Shown one piece after another: positions 61,466-64,000 of a stretch of DNA of 64,000 nt (within the stretch, counting starts at the first letter, position 1; every line of letters starts with the position of its first letter). A program made the translations under genes and the position numbers. The stretch covers positions 1-64,000 of the forward strand of contig NIVC01001928.1 in assembly GCA_002269645.1 (NCBI GenBank), in the 5' to 3' direction. Origin of the DNA: Macrostomum lignano (Eukaryota). Below the pieces are notes generated by a model that was not told the origin of the DNA, did no database searches, and worked only from the letters and a program-made list of their open reading frames with translations.

Positions 61466-61697
61466 GGGGTTGTAGCCTATTGGTCAAAGCGTCGGACTCA
61501 CGACCTAAAGGTGGTTAGGGGTTCGATTCCCGATCCACTCGGAAAAATTTTTGTCCTTGAGCAAGACACTGAGCTCTACATTGCTTCAGTTCACCCAGCT
61601 GTAAAATGGGTGCCAGCATTAGCTGGGGTAATTGAGGCTGTGTGTGGCGACCCTTCCTGTGTAATTGGGGCAGCTGTAATTAATTATTATTATTATT
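61466..61697 (+). mobile_element. CORE-type tRNA-derived SINE, second copy
   Basis: A-box and B-box (GGTTCGATTCC), core TGTCCTTGAGCAAGACACT...CTGTAAAATGGG, (TTA)n tail. Confidence 0.87.
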
Positions 61698-62207
61698 CTT
61701 ACAGCTCGTACGAGTAGGAACTGGCCCAGATCGTACAGAAATTTATAAAAATCTAGTTTGCATTAGGACAGCACAATGTCGATCCCGCTAAAAGTGCAAA
61801 TTTAGTTTGCAAATTAACAGAAGAATGAAGCCACCGTGGATAAATAATTAAATTAACAAGTCGCAAACAATGGCTTCATCACAACCAGGGGAACAGGCAA
61901 TTCAGCAAGTGTAAAATTAGCATTATTCATATGAAAACAGAGAAATGCACGACAGGGTTGAAGAGTGGAGAGAAAGGAAAGAGTGGAAACCAATTGATTC
62001 TTAATTCAACTGCTGTAGACATGCAGTTGCAGTCTATTCTATATTTTTCTTTTTTGCTTACACAAGCCACTGCTATGCTCGCACTGTCTATGGGAACAAA
62101 AACCATGGGAAGAGACGAGGGGGAGTCAAGACTAACGCCTGGTGATATTAATCTTATTAAAATGATATCTAAACCTTGTACATTGCACACACAGTGCTGA
62201 GCATTTC

Positions 62208-62482
62208 TGGGCCAGCCTCCCAGATCCTCAGTTGCTGGGCCAGCCTCCCAGATCCTCAGTTGCTGGGCCAGCCTCCCAGATCCTCAGTTGCTGGGCCAGC
62301 CTCCCAGATCCTCAGTTGCTGGGCCAGCCTCCCAGATCCTCAGTTGCTGGGCCAGCCTCCCAGATCCTCAGTTGCTGGGCCAGCCTCCCAGAGTGTCAGT
62401 TGCTGGGCCAGCCTCCCAGATCCTGTTGCTGGGCCAGCCTCCCAGATCCTCAGTTGCTGGGCCAGCCTCCCAGATCCTCAGT
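62208..62482. repeat. 28-bp minisatellite (TGCTGGGCCAGCCTCCCAGATCCTCAGT)
   Basis: Read directly. Confidence 0.95.
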
Positions 62483-62599
62483 TCACAGATCTCGCGCGTA
62501 AAGCCTTCATTCTCTCAGCCTTTTTAACGCTTCATGGGCTTTCCCCAAAGCCAAATTATGCACCAGTGTAGCCATATAATCTATTTAATAAGCGCTTAC

Positions 62600-62667
62600 T
62601 TTCTTCGATGCGAGCTGCAAACAGGATCTCCAGGCCTGTACTCGCAGCAGCACAATAGCCGTTGCAT
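62600..62667 (-). CDS. Tentative first coding exon of the FERM gene (MQRLLCCCEYRPGDPVCSSHRR)
   Basis: ATG plus GTAAGC donor, phase 2. The Cys cluster echoes the EPB41L4A N-terminus MGCFC. Confidence 0.35.
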
Positions 62668-63119
62668 CCGCCGTGAAATTATTCTATTTTTCTATTTTTC
62701 GCCTTTACGAATTTCTGCCATTCAGCTCGCAGTGAATTGAATAATGGCTTCCATGTAGCTTAAAAGAATAACTGCGAGGATCGGCAGCTATCTGCCCAGA
62801 AATGCGCGTTTCTTCTCTGCAGGCGGCGGCTTGTCTTTTTGATTAGACTGCTACTGTCTGAATTGGCGATTCGTTAACATAAACCATGGGAAGAGAGGAG
62901 GAGGGAGTCAGGACTAACGCCTGGTGATATTAATCGTTATTATAATAATATCAATAGACATTGTACATTGCACACACAGTGCTGGATCCAGATCTTACTT
63001 GCTGGGGCAGCAATTTCTCGTAAAAGTGAAAAGCCTCGGGTCTTGCCGTTTGCCGGAAAAGGCACTGCTGCCCTGGTCCTGATACTAAATAAATATTATA
63101 AAATAATTTCGAGGAGGGC

Positions 63120-64000
63120 TGCGGGCACCATGGCAACGCCTTCGGCGATATCGTCGCACTACCAACGCTGAATCAGTTCTGTCCACTCAGCTGGCTCCTG
63201 AGCCACACAAGTTCGCCAATACTGTACTCAGGCACAGCACTCATACACAGGCTCTCACAGGGTGTACATCGGCCCTTGTGACTTCTGATCTTCAGGCGTG
63301 TGCACTCTCTGTGCCTTGGGGGCTTGGCCATCACGGGGGTGTGACTCGCACGAACAAAATGAATGTGTTTGCGCACGAATCTGCTCTGCGCCCCACCTTT
63401 CCCAACGCAAATTAAGCAACGGCAGGCGAGACCGCACGGTCTCAAAGTCGGTGACACAGTGCTGCGGCGCCGACTAAATCCGCTCAAGGGCGAGACTCCG
63501 TTCGAGTGGGCACCCTGGCTGGTCGAGAAGGTCAAGGGCGACTCGATGACCATTCGGCAGGGCGCCAGAGTTTGCAGGCGGCACTGCACTGACCTGAAGC
63601 GGGTAGCGCGGGTACTGAGCCCGATTTTCCTGTCGGGGAGCCCGCACCTCCGATCCTACAAGCTGCAGGGAGCGAACCCGCGACCTCTCCAATTGCGCTG
63701 CGACCACACCCCCGAGAGGCCAAGGTGAGAGTGAACTATAGGGTTTAACTATAACTCGCGCTTGGCAGACTGACGCTAATATCTTTGGGTGCGCTTTGAT
63801 TTTGCTTTTGCATCGCGAGCTTGCGAAAAGATTGTCACTCTCTGGCTAATGCACTATAATCAGTAACATTTTGTTGAATAATGTTTCTTTGCAATATTTA
63901 TTTGTGGTATCTTTCATTTTTAAAAACCTTTTGCAGTTGCACTTTTAATCCGATATGAGGAGAGATGTAGTGTACGCTCTGCGCGTAATAATGTACGGCT
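63120..64000 (+). mobile_element. Ty3/Gypsy LTR retrotransposon 3' end: decayed integrase, integrase C-terminal domain, PPT and start of 3' LTR
   Basis: ARPHGLKVGDTVLRRRLNPLKGETPFEWAPWLVEKVKGDSMTIRQGARVCRRHCTDLKRV (about 63425-63605) fits Gypsy integrase C-termini. Purine tract GAGGAGAGA at 63957-63965 is followed directly by TGTAGTG at 63966. Confidence 0.75.

Noticed and set aside
36357-62571. Many long ORFs with peptide repeats (e.g. 36357-37376, 39693-40725, 41954-42968, 45933-46890, 47118-48335, 49391-50531, 57313-58060, 62176-62571)
   Set aside because: They are by-products of stop-free minisatellite units, are open in several frames at once, and mostly lie in introns defined by flanking exons.

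Overview
This is animal genomic DNA, not prokaryotic: GC-rich spliced exons sit among AT-rich spacers and about 30 tandem-repeat arrays. That architecture resembles the flatworm Macrostomum lignano (inference only). Genes read by hand from splice sites and family motifs: (1) the 3' end of a CLCA-like gene (+, exons <1-108 and 1099-2081) with a coding Ser/Thr/Glu repeat stalk and a C-terminal TM helix; (2) one large DEG/ENaC coding exon (+, 7867-8739) whose downstream exons I could not find; (3) an unassigned two-exon minus-strand gene (32732-33469); (4) tRNA-Thr(AGT) (-); (5) a six-exon TMEM134-like gene (+, 36058-38894); (6) a band 4.1/EPB41L4A-like FERM gene (-), with 15 phase-consistent exons from 58371 to 41741 and three tentative 5' exons up to 62667. 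Repeats: a ~15-kb 41-bp satellite (17254-32170) running into a 127-N gap, an inverted 2.3-kb array of the same satellite in a FERM intron, two CORE-type SINEs, a decayed RNase H-bearing LINE, a Gypsy 3' end with relic copies, and an LTR-like segment carrying MEF2/CRE/AP-1 motifs. I see no CRISPR array and no clear-cut new molecular system. The most unusual signals concern minisatellite biology: almost every large intron has its own array, four unrelated arrays share a CCATAGACA core, two arrays appear caught at birth, and many unit variants follow CpG-decay paths.
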